Assembly (NCBI GenBank): GCA_951406725.2
Contig: OX597824.1
Span: 24,552,001 to 24,616,000, forward strand
Origin: Octopus vulgaris
Lineage: Eukaryota
Direction: 5' to 3'
DNA: 64,000 bases
Each line of letters starts with the position of its first letter. Within the stretch, counting starts at the first letter, position 1. Shown piece by piece: positions 38,336 through 51,175 of the stretch. Both the position numbers and the translations under genes were made by a program. A model generated the notes under the pieces. That model searched no databases. It was not told where the DNA came from and saw nothing but the letters and a program-made list of their open reading frames with translations.

Positions 38336-39120
38336 AAGGCGGCGAGCTGGCAGAAACGTTAGCACGCCAGGCGAAATGCTCAGCAGTATTTCGTCTGTCG
38401 CTACGTTTTGAGTTCAAATTCCGCCGAGGTCGACTTTGCCTTTCATCCTTTCGGGGTCGATTAAATAAGTACCAGTTACGCACTGGGGTCGATATAATCG
38501 ACTTTATCCCTTTGTCTGTCCTTGTTTGTCCTCTCTGAGTTTAGCCCCTTGTGGGTAGTAAAGAAATAGGTATTTCGTCTGCCGCTACGTTCTGAGTTCA
38601 AATTCCACCGAGGTTGACTTTGCCTTTCATCCTTTCGGAGTCGATAATTTAAGTACCAGTTACGCACTGGTGTCGAAATAATCGACTTAATCCGTTTGTC
38701 TGTCCTTGTTTGTCCTCTCTGGGTTTAGCCCCTTGTGGGTAGTAAAGAAATAGGTATTTCGTCTGCTGCTACGTTCTGAGTTCAAATTTCACCGAGGTCG
38801 ACTTTGCCTTTCATCCTTTCTGGGTCGATAAATTAAGTACCAGTTATGCACTGGTGTCAAAATGATCGACTTAATCCGCTTGTCTGTCCTTGTTTGTCCT
38901 CTCTGTGTTTAGCCCCTTGTGCGTAGTAAAGAAATAGGTATTTCGTCTGCAGTTACGTTCTGAGTTCAAATTCCACCGAGGTTGACTTTGCCTTTCATCC
39001 TTTCGGAGTCGATAATTTAAGTACCAGTTACGCACCGGGGTCGATACAATCGACTTAATCCGTTTGTCTGTCATTGTTCGTCCCCTCTATGTTTAGCCCC
39101 TTGTGGGCAATAAAGAAATA
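38336..39120 (+). mobile_element. SINE multimer: head plus 4 bodies of 184 bp
   Basis: Bodies 2-4 start at 38569, 38753 and 38937; single TSD AGAAACCTG at 38327-38335 and 39121-39129; inserted in another SINE. Confidence 0.95.
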
Positions 39121-39399
39121 AGAAACCTGTCGGGCTCACAATCATGAGGTAATGAGTTTGATTCTCGCACTGGGCTCTTTGTTGTGTTCTTGAGCAAGAC
39201 ACTTTATTTCACGCTGCTCCAGTTCACTCAGCTGTAGAAATGAGTTGCGACGTCACTGGAGCGGAGCTGTATCGGCCTTTGCCTTTCCCTGGGAGTGTCG
39301 AAAATGAAGATGGTTACGTAACTCTTGTTATTTTCTCATTTATTAATTAATATTATGCACTGTACCTGCTTGACACTTTACTTTGAAGCAAAAGTATAT

Positions 39400-39790
39400 T
39401 GAATTCTAACATGGTTCCAGGTTCAGTCCCACTGCATGGCACCCTGGACAAAAGTTTTCTACCATAGCTCAGAATCAGTCAGAGCTTTGTGGGTGCATAT
39501 GGTTGACGGAAACTGAAAAGAAGCCCGTCGTGTGCGTGTGTGCTTCTGTGTGTGTGTGTGTGTGTGTGTGTCTGTCTGTCTATATGTGTGTAGATGCTCG
39601 TTCCTCATCACCGCTTGACAACCGGTATTGGTTTGCTTGCATCCCCGTAACTTATTCTTTTGGTAAAAGAGACTGATAGAAAAGTACCAAGCTTAAAAAG
39701 AAAAAAAGTACAAAAAATTCTTCAAGGCGGTGCCCCAGTATGGCCACAGTCTAAAGAGTGAAACATGTAAAAGATAAAAAGATAAAGCTA
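39400..39790 (+). mobile_element. Diverged (AAGAGTA)-family SINE
   Basis: Homologous to 49441-49850. Confidence 0.75.
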
Positions 39791-39859
39791 TCATTCCACT
39801 AGATATAACCCCCCCACACACACACACAACAGGCAATGTATTACAACCACTACATCACA

Positions 39860-40665
39860 CACACACACACACCACACAACTACATCCTAAACCACCACGG
39901 CTTCTACAACACACAGACCATACAACTACTACCTAAACAACAGACTACGCCAACCACTACAGTTAAATGCACCACAGTACTATAGCTAACACACCCACAC
40001 ACAACTACTATGGCCCAAACACACATACTACACTACCACAGCACATACACACACACACCATACAACTACTACGTAAACCACTACAGTTAAACGCACTACA
40101 GTACTATAGCTAACACACCCACACACAACTACTATAGCCCAAACACACACACACGCATACTATACTACTACAGCGCATACACACACTACACAACTACATC
40201 CTAAACCACCGTGGCTTCTACAACACACAGACCATACAACTACTACCTAAACAACAGACTACGCCAACCACTACAGTTAAACGCACCACAGTACTATAGC
40301 TAACACACCCACACACAACTACTATGGCCCAAACACACACACACACACAACAGCACATGCACACGCACTACACAACTACATCCTAAACCACCATGGCTTC
40401 TACAACACACAGACCATACAACTACTACGTAAACCACTACAGTTAAACGCACCACAGTACTATAGCTAACACACCCACACACAACTACTATAGCCCAAAC
40501 ACACACACACATACTACACTACTACAGCACATACACACACTATACAACTACATCCTAAACCACCATGGCTTCTACAACACAGCCCATACAACTACTACGT
40601 AAACCACTACAGTTAAACGCACCACAGTACTATAGCTAACACACCCACACACAACTACTATGGCC

Positions 40666-40710
<45 letters not shown>

Positions 40711-42020
40711 CTACATCCTAAACCACCATGGCTTCTACAACACACAGACCATACAACTACTACGTAAACCACGTAAACCACTACAGTTAAACGCACCACA
40801 GTACTATAGCTAACACACTCACACACAACTACTATAGCCCAAACACACACACACATACTACACTACAACAGCACATGCACATGCACTACACAACTACATC
40901 CTAAACTACCATGGCTTCTACAACACACAGCCCATACAACTACTACGTAAACCACTACAGTTAAACGCACCACAGTACTATAGCTAACACACCCACACAC
41001 AACTACTATGGCCCAAACACACACACACACACACAACAGCACATACACACCATACAACTACATCCTAAACCACCATGGCTTCTACAACACACAGACCATA
41101 CAACTACTACGTAAACCACTACAGTTAAACGCACCACAGTACTATAGCTAACACACCCACACACAACTACTATAGCCCAAACACACACACACATACTACA
41201 CTACTACAGCACATACACACACTATACAACTACATCCTAAACCACCATGGCTTCTACAATACAGCCCATACAACTACTACGTAAACCACTACAGTTAAAC
41301 GCACCACAGTACTATAGCTAACACACCCACACACAACTACTATAGCCCAAACACACACACACATACTACACTACTACAGCACATACACACACTATACAAC
41401 TACATCCTAAACCACCATGGCTTCTACAACACAGCCCATACAACTACTACGTAAACCACTACAGTTAAACGCACCACAGTACTATAGCTAACACACCCAC
41501 ACACAACTACTATAGCCCAAACACACACACACATACTACACTACTACAGCACATACACACACTATACAACTACATCCTAAACCACCATGGCTTCTACAAC
41601 ACAGCCCATACAACTACTACGTAAACCACTACAGTTAAACGCACCACAGTACTATAGCTAACACACCCACACACAACTACTATAGCCCAAACACACACAC
41701 ACATACTACACTACTACAGCACATACACACACTATACAACTACATCCTAAACCACCATGGCTTCTACAACACAGCCCATACAACTACTACGTAAACCACT
41801 ACAGTTAAACGCACCACAGTACTATAGCTAACACACCCACACACAACTACTATGGCCCAAACACACACACATACTACACTACCACAGTACATACACACAC
41901 TATACAACTACATCCTAAACCACCATAGCTTCTACAACACACGGCCTATACAACTACTACGTAAACCACTACAGTTAAACGCACCACAGTACTGTAACTA
42001 ACACACCCACACACAACTAC
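39860..42020. repeat. 170-bp satellite, about 13 copies
   Basis: TATAGCCCAA at 41171, 41341, 41511 and 41681 (period 170); ACAGTTAAA occurs 13 times. Confidence 0.95.
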
Positions 42021-42239
42021 CCTACTACGCACACATACTACCCTGCTACACATATATACTACCCTACTACAGCACATACACACAACTACCCTACTACACG
42101 CACATACTACCCTGCTACAGCACATACACTCACCCACACACCCACACAGACACAATCACCACACCAACACTACAACCCACACACAGCTACTCATTCAAGA
42201 GAAAACAGATCACCTTCTCCAATCACTAAATAACCTTTA

Positions 42240-42360
42240 TAAGGTTCCACGCAGAAATTCTTTCCGAGTCATGCCCGTCAATCGTGCTTTGACATACAAA
42301 CTAGAACTAGTCTTATGAGAATGGTCTTTTGTGACGACTAAGCTGACGTCGAGAGCCACA

Positions 42361-42400
<40 letters not shown>

Positions 42401-42630
42401 GCACGCACACACACGCGCACACACACATGCGCGCACACACACACACGTTTACATTTGCGCAAACAAACAATTGTATTGTTTGTTAAACGCTGGTTCACCT
42501 CACCTTTCTACGTCACACCCACGCTACCTGCATCACATGACGTATGCTCCATTGAGAGCTTACAGCAGCAGCAGCAGCAGCAGTAGCCGATGAGGGCGGG
42601 AGAAAGCGGGAAGAAGGTGGGGCGGGGGGT
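42240..42630. promoter_or_regulatory. Candidate promoter
   Basis: GC boxes at 42594 and 42619; CRE-like TGACGTC 42344, TACGTCA 42509, TGACGTA 42538; unique CpG-retaining DNA. Confidence 0.35.
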
Positions 42631-42746
42631 AAATCTCTAAGCAGTCACTAGACATGCTAAAAATAGCAGTCACGTTATCTCAAATTACGACCCTGACTTT
42701 TTAATAAGAAACCATATTGGACAATGTCCTAAACATACAATATGAT

Positions 42747-42787
<41 letters not shown>

Positions 42788-42941
42788 CACACACACACAG
42801 ACTGACTCACAATATGTACAAAAGGTGCAGGCATGTGTGTGTTTAAGAAGCTCTGTTTGCAATTATGTGGTTTCGGGTTCAGTCCCATTGCGCGATACCT
42901 TGGACACCTTCTACCATAGTCTCGAGGGAAGGACTTTCTTT

Positions 42942-43228
42942 GGATCTTTTCGGTTTGAACGGCAATTTTTTCTAGTGGTGTCATATGAAATTGTCACTCG
43001 TAATTATAACCCTATTATCGATCTATTGCATTTCAATGTCTTAGGGTTAGGGTTAGGGTTAGTTAGAGTTAGTTAGGGTTAGGGTTAGGACTAGGGGTGG
43101 AGGGAAGGTATCTTTTTTTCTTCACAAATGTAAATAAACCCAATCTGTTTCTACCAGTATACGAAGTTTAAAATTTTTTAGTTACCTAGAAATTATGTTA
43201 CAAACTGCCGTTCAAACCGAAAAGATCC
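42942..43228. mobile_element. MITE, Merlin-like, internally deleted
   Basis: Same TIRs as 26231; 8-bp TSD CTTTCTTT; several internal TTAGGG units. Confidence 0.9.
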
Positions 43229-43307
43229 CTTTCTTTTGCTCCTATCACCATAAACAAATAAAAAAAAACATTAGACATGGTGGAAATTTGATTTCCTACC
43301 ATGTCTC

Positions 43308-43740
43308 TTTTACTCTTTTACTTGTTTCAGTCATTTCGGTCTCTTTTACGATTCTCGATCTGCTAAAAATAGTAGTGAAATCACCAGCTAATCACTAATT
43401 CGTCGTCGTAATGCGGCTCCGGGTTTTCTGTACATAATGAAATAGATGGGATGGTCACGGCTAGAAGCATTTGACTTGTGGCCATGCTGGAGCACCGCCT
43501 TCAGTCGAGCAAATCGACCCCATGACTTATTCTTTGTAAGCATAGTGCTTTTTCTATCGGTCTCTTTTTGCCGAACCGCTATGTTACGGGGACGTAAACA
43601 CACCAGCATCGGTTGTCAAGCGATGTTGGGGGGGGGGCAAACACAGACACACAAACACACACACGCACATATATGCATAGATACGACGGGCTTCTTTCAG
43701 TTTCCGTCTACCAAATCCACTCACAAGGCTTTGGTTGGAC
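43308..43740 (-). mobile_element. (AAGAGTA)-family SINE with a 120-bp templated insert
   Basis: Insert 43353-43472 matches 44886-45005. Confidence 0.8.
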
Positions 43741-43950
43741 CGATAGGATAAGCACTGGACTCAAAATAGGCATAAGTACTGGGCTCGATTTAAGTTTTTG
43801 AATAAACTCTTCAAGTTGATGCCCCAGCACTGGCTGCAGTCCAATTTACTAAAACGAATAAAAGATGAAAGACGCGACGGCCTCGGCTAGAACGCCTGTG
43901 AACAGGGTTGACTGCGGAGACTAAACAGCAACTTCAATGTTTCCGATAAC

Positions 43951-44610
43951 AAAGGCGGTGACCTGGCAGAATCGTTAGCACGCGAAATGCTTAGCGGTAT
44001 TTCGTCTACCGCTACGTTCCGAGTTCAAATTCCGCCGAGGTCGACTTTGCCTTTCATCCTTTCGGGGTCGATTAAATAAGTACCAGTTACGCACTGGGGT
44101 CGATATATATTTCTTTACTACCCACAAGGGGCCAAACATAGAGGGGACAAACAAGGACAGACAAAGGGATTAAGTCGATTACATCGACCCCAGTGCGTAA
44201 CTGGTACTTAATTTATCGACCCCGAGAGGATGAAAGGCAAAGTCGACCTCGGCGGAATTTGAACTCAGAAAGTAACGACAGACGAAATACCGCTGAGGAT
44301 TTCGCCCGGCGTGCTAACGTTTCTGCCAGCTCGCCGCACTGGGGTCGATATAATCGACTTAATACCTTTGTCCTTGTTTGTCCCCTCTATGTTTAGCCCC
44401 TTGTGGGCAATAAAGAAATAAGACCCGTTAGCACGCCGGGCAAAATGCTTAGCGGCATTTCGTCCGTCTTTACTTTCTGAGTTCAAATTCCGCTGAGGTC
44501 AACTTTGCCTTTCAACCTTAATGAGTACCAGTTGAGTACTGGAGTCGATGTAATCGACTTAACCACTTCCCCTAAATTGCTGGCCTTGTGCCTATAGTAA
44601 AGAATAACAT
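43951..44610. mobile_element. Three nested SINEs of the 184-bp family
   Basis: Minus copy 44108-44335 has a 17-bp TSD GCACTGGGGTCGATATA and sits inside a plus copy, which abuts an alternative-tail copy. Confidence 0.9.
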
Positions 44611-45329
44611 TAGTACAAGACTAAGGCAGCGAGCCGGTAGAATCAATGGCACACCGGACCAAATATATAGCGGCGTTTAATTCGTCTTTACATTCTGAGT
44701 TCAAGTTCCACCGAGGTTCACTTTACATTCTTTTGAGTTCGATAGAATAAGTACCAGTTGAATACTGAGGTCGATGTAATCAACTTACCCTACTGAAATT
44801 GCTAGCCTTATACCAAAATTTGAAACCAATATTTCCAATAACAACAAATACGACACTGTGGACATGAAGTAGCCACTACATGGTCTCTCGATCTGCTAAA
44901 AATAGTAGTGAAATCACCAGCTAATCACTAATTCGTCGTCGTAATGCGGCTCCGGGTTTTCTGTACTTAATGAAATAGATGGGATGGACACAGCTAGAAG
45001 CATTTCGATCAAAGATCCGATCGGTCATGGGTCTCTTGCTGTTAAAGAAATAAGAAGAACAATATCATTAGTAATAATGATGATTCAAAAAAGAAATACA
45101 TCACGTGGTTATTTGGCGAGGTAGAAACAGCAGCCAAATGTTTCTTCAGTTATTATTACACGCTGCTATACTAAAATGAAAGTACAATCTTAGATACCCC
45201 GTTCTTAAAAACGCACAAATGGTTATAGTTGGAGTGAGCATGAGACATCTTGGCACAGCCGTTTTGGCGTTACTTGTTTGGCGTCACTGACTGAAGCTGA
45301 TTTATTTGACACAAGCCGTTTTAATGTTC

Positions 45330-45692
45330 CATTTGACTGTGGCCATGCTGGAGTACCTTTAGTTGAGCAAATCGACCCCAGGACTTATTCTTTGTAAGCC
45401 TAGTACTTATTCTATCGGTCTCTTTTGCCGAACTGCTAAGTTACGGGGACGTAAACACACCAGCATCGGCTGTCAAGTGATGTTAGGTGGGGGGACAAAC
45501 ACAGACAGACACACACACGCACACATATACATATATACGACGGGCTTCTTTCAGTTTCCGTCTACCTAATCCAGTCGTAAGGCTTTGGTCGGCCCGAGGC
45601 TGTAGTAGAAGACACTTGACCAAGGTGTCACGCAGTGGGACTGAAACCGGAACCCTATGGTTCGTAAGCAAGCTACCTACCACACAGCCACT

Positions 45693-45695
<3 letters not shown>
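45330..45695 (-). mobile_element. (AAGAGTA)-family SINE
   Basis: Homologous to 49441-49850. Confidence 0.85.
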
Positions 45696-45753
<58 letters not shown>

Positions 45754-46200
45754 TTATATTTATATATATATGCATGTATGCATGTATGATTGCATGTCTG
45801 TATATGCATGTTGAGAGATAGATAGTTAGATACATACATACATACATACATACATACATACATACATACATAATTCGTACGTTACAAGAGCAATCTGTGA
45901 GTGGAACAGTAAAAATATGTAAGACTTCTCTGAAACTCCAAATGTGAATTTGGTCTGTGTTAGCTACATCCCAAAGACAGAGCCTTGTACCTTTGTTGGA
46001 AACCAGTCCCCCCTCAGTGGAAGATTCAAACACAGAAGAGACTACATGCATACATACAAAACTGTTGGCATATGTGAGTATATCAGTCGTCTCCCTTTAC
46101 TATACAACAATCTATGACAACGTCGGTATATTCACAGAATTCTCATTCCCACACTCATTGCCACCTGTTTTGTTGCTGTCCTTAAGCTCAAGGCCAGCAT

Positions 46201-46427
46201 TTTACTCTTACTCTTTTACTCTTTTACTTGTTTCAGTCATTTGACTGCGGCCATGCTGGAGCACCGCCTTTTAGTCGAGCAAATCGACCCCGGGACTTAT
46301 TCTTTGTAAGCCCAGTATTTATTCTATCGGTCTCTTTTTGCCGAACCGCTAAGTGAAGGGGACGTAAACACACCAGCATCGGTTGTCAAGTAATGCTAGG
46401 GGGACAAACACAGACACACAAACACGC

Positions 46428-46458
<31 letters not shown>

Positions 46459-46623
46459 TATACGACAGGCTTCTTTCAGTTTCTGTCTACCAAATTCACT
46501 CACAAGGCATTGGTCGGCCCGGAGCTATAGCAGAAGACACTTGCCCAAGATGCCACGCAGTGGGACTGAACCCGGAACCATGTGGTTGGTTAGCAAGCTA
46601 CTTACCACACAGCCACTCCTGCG
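46201..46623 (-). mobile_element. Full-length (AAGAGTA)n-tailed SINE
   Basis: Near-identical reverse complement of 49441-49850. Confidence 0.9.
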
Positions 46624-46640
46624 TGTGTGTATATATTTTA

Positions 46641-46686
<46 letters not shown>

Positions 46687-46816
46687 TGTCTGCGCGCGTG
46701 CGTATACATTAGGCTTCTCAAAACCAGAAAGGAAAAAAACTAATTTGAAGTCTGCTGATCCATCCCATCACTGCAACTAAAAATCCGTAAAACCTTCCGG
46801 AAGCTTATCATTTAAA

Positions 46817-47199
46817 TCTCTCTCTATATAAACGGCAGTTTGTCTGTCTGTGTGTCTGTGTGTCTGTTAGGTTGTACCCTCACCCTGACCACGGCTTTCA
46901 ACCGATTCTGATGAAACTTGATACCTACATAGCCCAATGTCATAATTCAAAACTAACGCAGCGAAAATTTTGAAAAGTTCCCCCAGTTCTGAAAAAAATC
47001 GATAAATTCGACATGGGGTCGAGAATCAGAAACACAAACCACAGACTGTCTAGGGGACGCAACTCAACCTTTTTAACTCTCAAAAAAATTTACCATAATT
47101 TTTTCCCCATTTTTTTGCTATTTTTTGGCTATAACTCTCTAAAATTGCTTTATAGTTATTTCCCTTACAAACCCGAGCAACGCCGGGCGATACTGCTAG
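46817..47199 (+). mobile_element. Non-autonomous Helitron
   Basis: A|TC start, (GTCT)n, 3' hairpin CCCGAGCAACGCCGGG, CTAG|T end, no TSD. Confidence 0.8.
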
Positions 47200-47894
47200 T
47201 ACATATATATAGAGAGAAGAGAAGCTGTATACAGTTGCAGAAATCAGCTGCCCAGTGGATGTTAACATAAAGTTGACGATCAGCGATAAAGAGAATACCT
47301 ACGCTGTACCTCTGAAAAACCTAAACCTTGTGTATAATATGCACCCTTTCTCTAACTTCTCTAACTTCTCAAGGAAGTCTATATAACGTCCTTGGTTTGT
47401 AAAACTGAATACGGTAACATCCTCTATTATTATTGTATATATAACATAATGCAAACGTGTAACTTTTTTGTGCATTTTGTTTGCAGAAAATAAAGAAATA
47501 ACAGTAATAACATTTAATAAATGTAGCTTACAGCAAGTAATAGATGATTCTTTTTTGACTTCATTGCTTTCAGGCTTAGCTTAAGGTATTTTCGCGCCCA
47601 ACATAACAAAATGCGTCTGAATAAACATTGCCGGACAGCAAATAGAGACTCGGACATTGCTTAGAAAATAATTTTCATTTTTAACCTCGTATATAGTACG
47701 CACTAGGGATTTTGACCTTTAAATTTTGGGGAAAAAAGGCGGATTATACTCGAGGATTTACGGTACATACATACATACATACATGCGTACATGTATGTGT
47801 GTGTTTGTGAATGTGTATATGCATGGATATTGTGGCAACACACGCATTAATACTGGCGTCGATTCGTTTGACTAAAATTCTTCAAGGCTGTGAC

Positions 47895-48078
47895 CACTAG
47901 CATAGTTGGGGTGGGTGGCGGAAGAGCATAGCTGGGTGTGGGTGGAGGCAGGGTCGGTCCGACCCGGGCGGCACTTTTAAAGGGGCACGACTTTTGGGTG
48001 TGCTGTATTTTTTGTGGGGTCCAGGGACAGCAAACGGAAGGGCCGCCCTAGGCGGCACACACTCTAGCTACGCTAGTG
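47895..48078. mobile_element. hAT-type MITE inside a SINE tail
   Basis: CACTAGCATAG ... CTACGCTAGTG; degenerate 8-bp TSD GCTGTGAC/GCTGTACC. Confidence 0.65.
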
Positions 48079-48354
48079 GCTGTACCCCAGTATGGCCGCA
48101 ATCTGATACCTGAAACAAGTAAAAGAATAAAAGAATAGAAAAAAATCAAACAATAATCTTCAGGTTATTACGACAGACAATGTCATCAAACGGTTAATGT
48201 TATCAAAATTAGTGAAACCCAAGGCCGCTTATTATAATGTTATATCTTCTCCATACATGTTACCATCCGGTTATTGTTATCTGATTATGTCTTCAAACTC
48301 ATTACAACGGCCTTGTTAGACATACGTGTATATGTAATAGTTAAGCATACTTGT

Positions 48355-48386
<32 letters not shown>

Positions 48387-48721
48387 TAGTAGTAGCAGTA
48401 GTAGTGGTGGTGGTGGTGGTGGTGGTGGTGGTTTAGCATAACTAAGTACGTATACTTGTGTGCATTTCTCTATATACATACGTATGGGAGTATGTATGAG
48501 TGTGTGTGAGTGTGAGTGTGAGTGAGTGTGGGTGTCATGCGTGTACGTTCGTATATATGAGTGTGTGTGTGTGTGAGTGTGTGTGTGTCTGTCTATTTGT
48601 ATGTCTGACAGTACGGGTTCATATGTACACGTCAGTTTTTTCTTTTAAGTGAATGTATGCACATGTATGCCTCTCAGTGTGTGTGCGTGCGTGTGTGTGT
48701 GTGTGTCTGTGCGTGCGTGCG

Positions 48722-48754
<33 letters not shown>

Positions 48755-49440
48755 ATTTGTGTATGTGTGTGTATGTGTGTGCGTGCGTGTGTGCGTGCGT
48801 GTGTGTGTGTGCTTAATTGTGACTGAGAGAGTGAGAACCGGCAACAGCTGTGAATTCATAAGTTTTCTTAATGACAATGTGAAAATAGGGGAACGGGTAG
48901 GGGTGGAGCGATCGAAATTGAAAACGAGGCTGGCAGATAAAAGGGAAGACGAGAGTGGGTGGCTAGAAAGACAAAGGAAGTGGGAGAAAGGAACTGAATA
49001 AGAGAAAGGAAGTGGGCGGAGGAGATAGAAAAGAGACGATGGGATAAGAATCGTCAAAGTTCAAACACCTATTTCTTGCGACGAAGCAATGAGGGATCCT
49101 GTCGTTGGTCACTTAGCCTTCTAGAAATAGCTGCTAAGTCGTCTTCAATTTACACCCTCAGCTCTACAGACTTCCAAAAGTAAGACCGTATGGTCGTGGC
49201 TGGAGCACCTTTGATCGATCGCCCTCGATCAAGGTGTGCTGCGCTTAATCAACAGCAATCTTTTAACGTAGTTCATGAATACGTACCTATATGCAAATAT
49301 ATGTAATTACAAACTCAAAGGATCTGAGTGTAGGAAGTTTATAAGGTTCGAGCAGTCCGTAGTAAATCTGTGGTATTGAGCAGAATTGGCCCATCTTTTA
49401 TACCAAGACAAAACAATGTACGTGATAACACTTCGTGATA

Positions 49441-49850
49441 GGCGCAGGAGTGGCTGTGTGGTAAGTAGTTTGCTAACCAACCACATGGTTCCGGGTTCAG
49501 TCCCACTGCGTGGCATCTTGGGCAAGTGTCTTCTGCTATAGCCCCGGGCCGACCAATGCCTTGTGAGTGGATTTGGTAGACGGAAACTGAAAGAAGCCTG
49601 TCGTATATATGTATATATATATATATGTGTGTTTGTGTGTCTGTGTTTGTCCCCCTAGCATTGCTTGACAATCGATGCTGGTGTGTTTACGTCCCCGTCA
49701 CTTAGCGGTTCGGCAAAAAGAGACCGATAGAATAAGTACTGGGCATACAAAGAATAAGTCCCGGGGTCGATTTGCTCGACTAAAGGTGGTGCTCCAGCAT
49801 GGCCGCAGTCAAATGACTGAAACAAGTAAAAGAGTAAAAGAGTAAAGAGT
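49441..49850 (+). mobile_element. Full-length tRNA-derived, CORE-like SINE with internal microsatellite and (AAGAGTA)n tail
   Basis: TGGCTGTGTGG and GGTTCAGTCCC boxes, CTTGGGCAAGT core word; ATAACACTTC duplicated at 49425 and 49851. Confidence 0.9.
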
Positions 49851-50209
49851 ATAACACTTCCAATCAGTTAAAATCAGAAGCCATGAGAGCCATTGCCTGG
49901 TACTGCATCAAGGCATTTATTATTATACATGCAAACATATATGCATACATAAATATACATGCATGCATAATACATATATAAATACATGCATACATACATG
50001 CATACATACATACATGCATGCATATATAGACAGGTAGAGTAGTATGTATGTGTACTGCTTTACTTACAGCAACGCTGCGAACTATTTCAACAATCTCAGA
50101 AGCGTGGAAGCTGCATGTATCTAGGAGGGATTTGAACTTGGGACCTGTGTGTATGCAATAGCTACCATAACATTCCTTATCTGACACTGTAAGTTATTGA
50201 AACGAGAAA

Positions 50210-50245
<36 letters not shown>

Positions 50246-50354
50246 CCTGCACGCATATATGTATACATACAAACATATTCTCACGCATATATGTATACAT
50301 ACAAGCATATTCATATATGCGTGCAGGCATATATATATATATTTTTATTTATTT

Positions 50355-50660
50355 ATGCGCCCTTTTCAAGCCTAGCCAGGCTCATGGGCCCGGTTTCCCG
50401 GTTTCTGTGGCGTATGTCCCCCACCCCAAACTGGACAGGACGCCAGTCCATCGCAGCGTTACTCAAGAACCATGAAGAGAGAGTGAGGGAAAGTTGAGAC
50501 GAAAGAGTACAACAGGGGTCGCCGGCACCCCCTGCCGGAGCATCGTGGAGCTTTAGATGTTTTCGCTCAATAAACACGCACAACGCCCGGTCTGGGAATC
50601 GAAACCGCGATCCTCCGACCGCGAGTCCGCTGCCCTAACCACTGGGCCATAGCGCCTTCA
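50355..50660 (-). mobile_element. tRNA-derived SINE (head 1, tail B)
   Basis: Head as in 6468, tail as in 8123. Confidence 0.85.
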
Positions 50661-50663
50661 CTG

Positions 50664-50746
<83 letters not shown>

Positions 50747-50857
50747 TGTGTGTATATATATATTTATATATATGCATGTGTGTATATACATATATATATA
50801 CACTCACGCAAACGCATATACAAACAGCATAAATGTATTCATAGATTCATGCATGTG

Positions 50858-50889
<32 letters not shown>

Positions 50890-51122
50890 TGTATGTATGT
50901 ATGTATGTATGTATGTATGTGTGTGTGTATGTAACAAAGAGAGAATGTAGGGCAACAGATGATCCTAATCCCATTCAAACATGATATCGCTGAACAGCCG
51001 TTGTGGAGGCGGTTACATCACGGATTATCGATCAGATATTAACTCACGCTGTCGCTGAGTTGCCGCTGTTGCTGATAACGTCACTACTACTACTGCTACT
51101 AACACTACTGCATGTAATGCTG

Positions 51123-51170
<48 letters not shown>

Positions 51171-51175
51171 TAACC

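Noticed and set aside
39860-42020. Repeat-spacer array or coding repeat
   Set aside because: Whole units repeat with no spacers; the 170-bp period breaks frame
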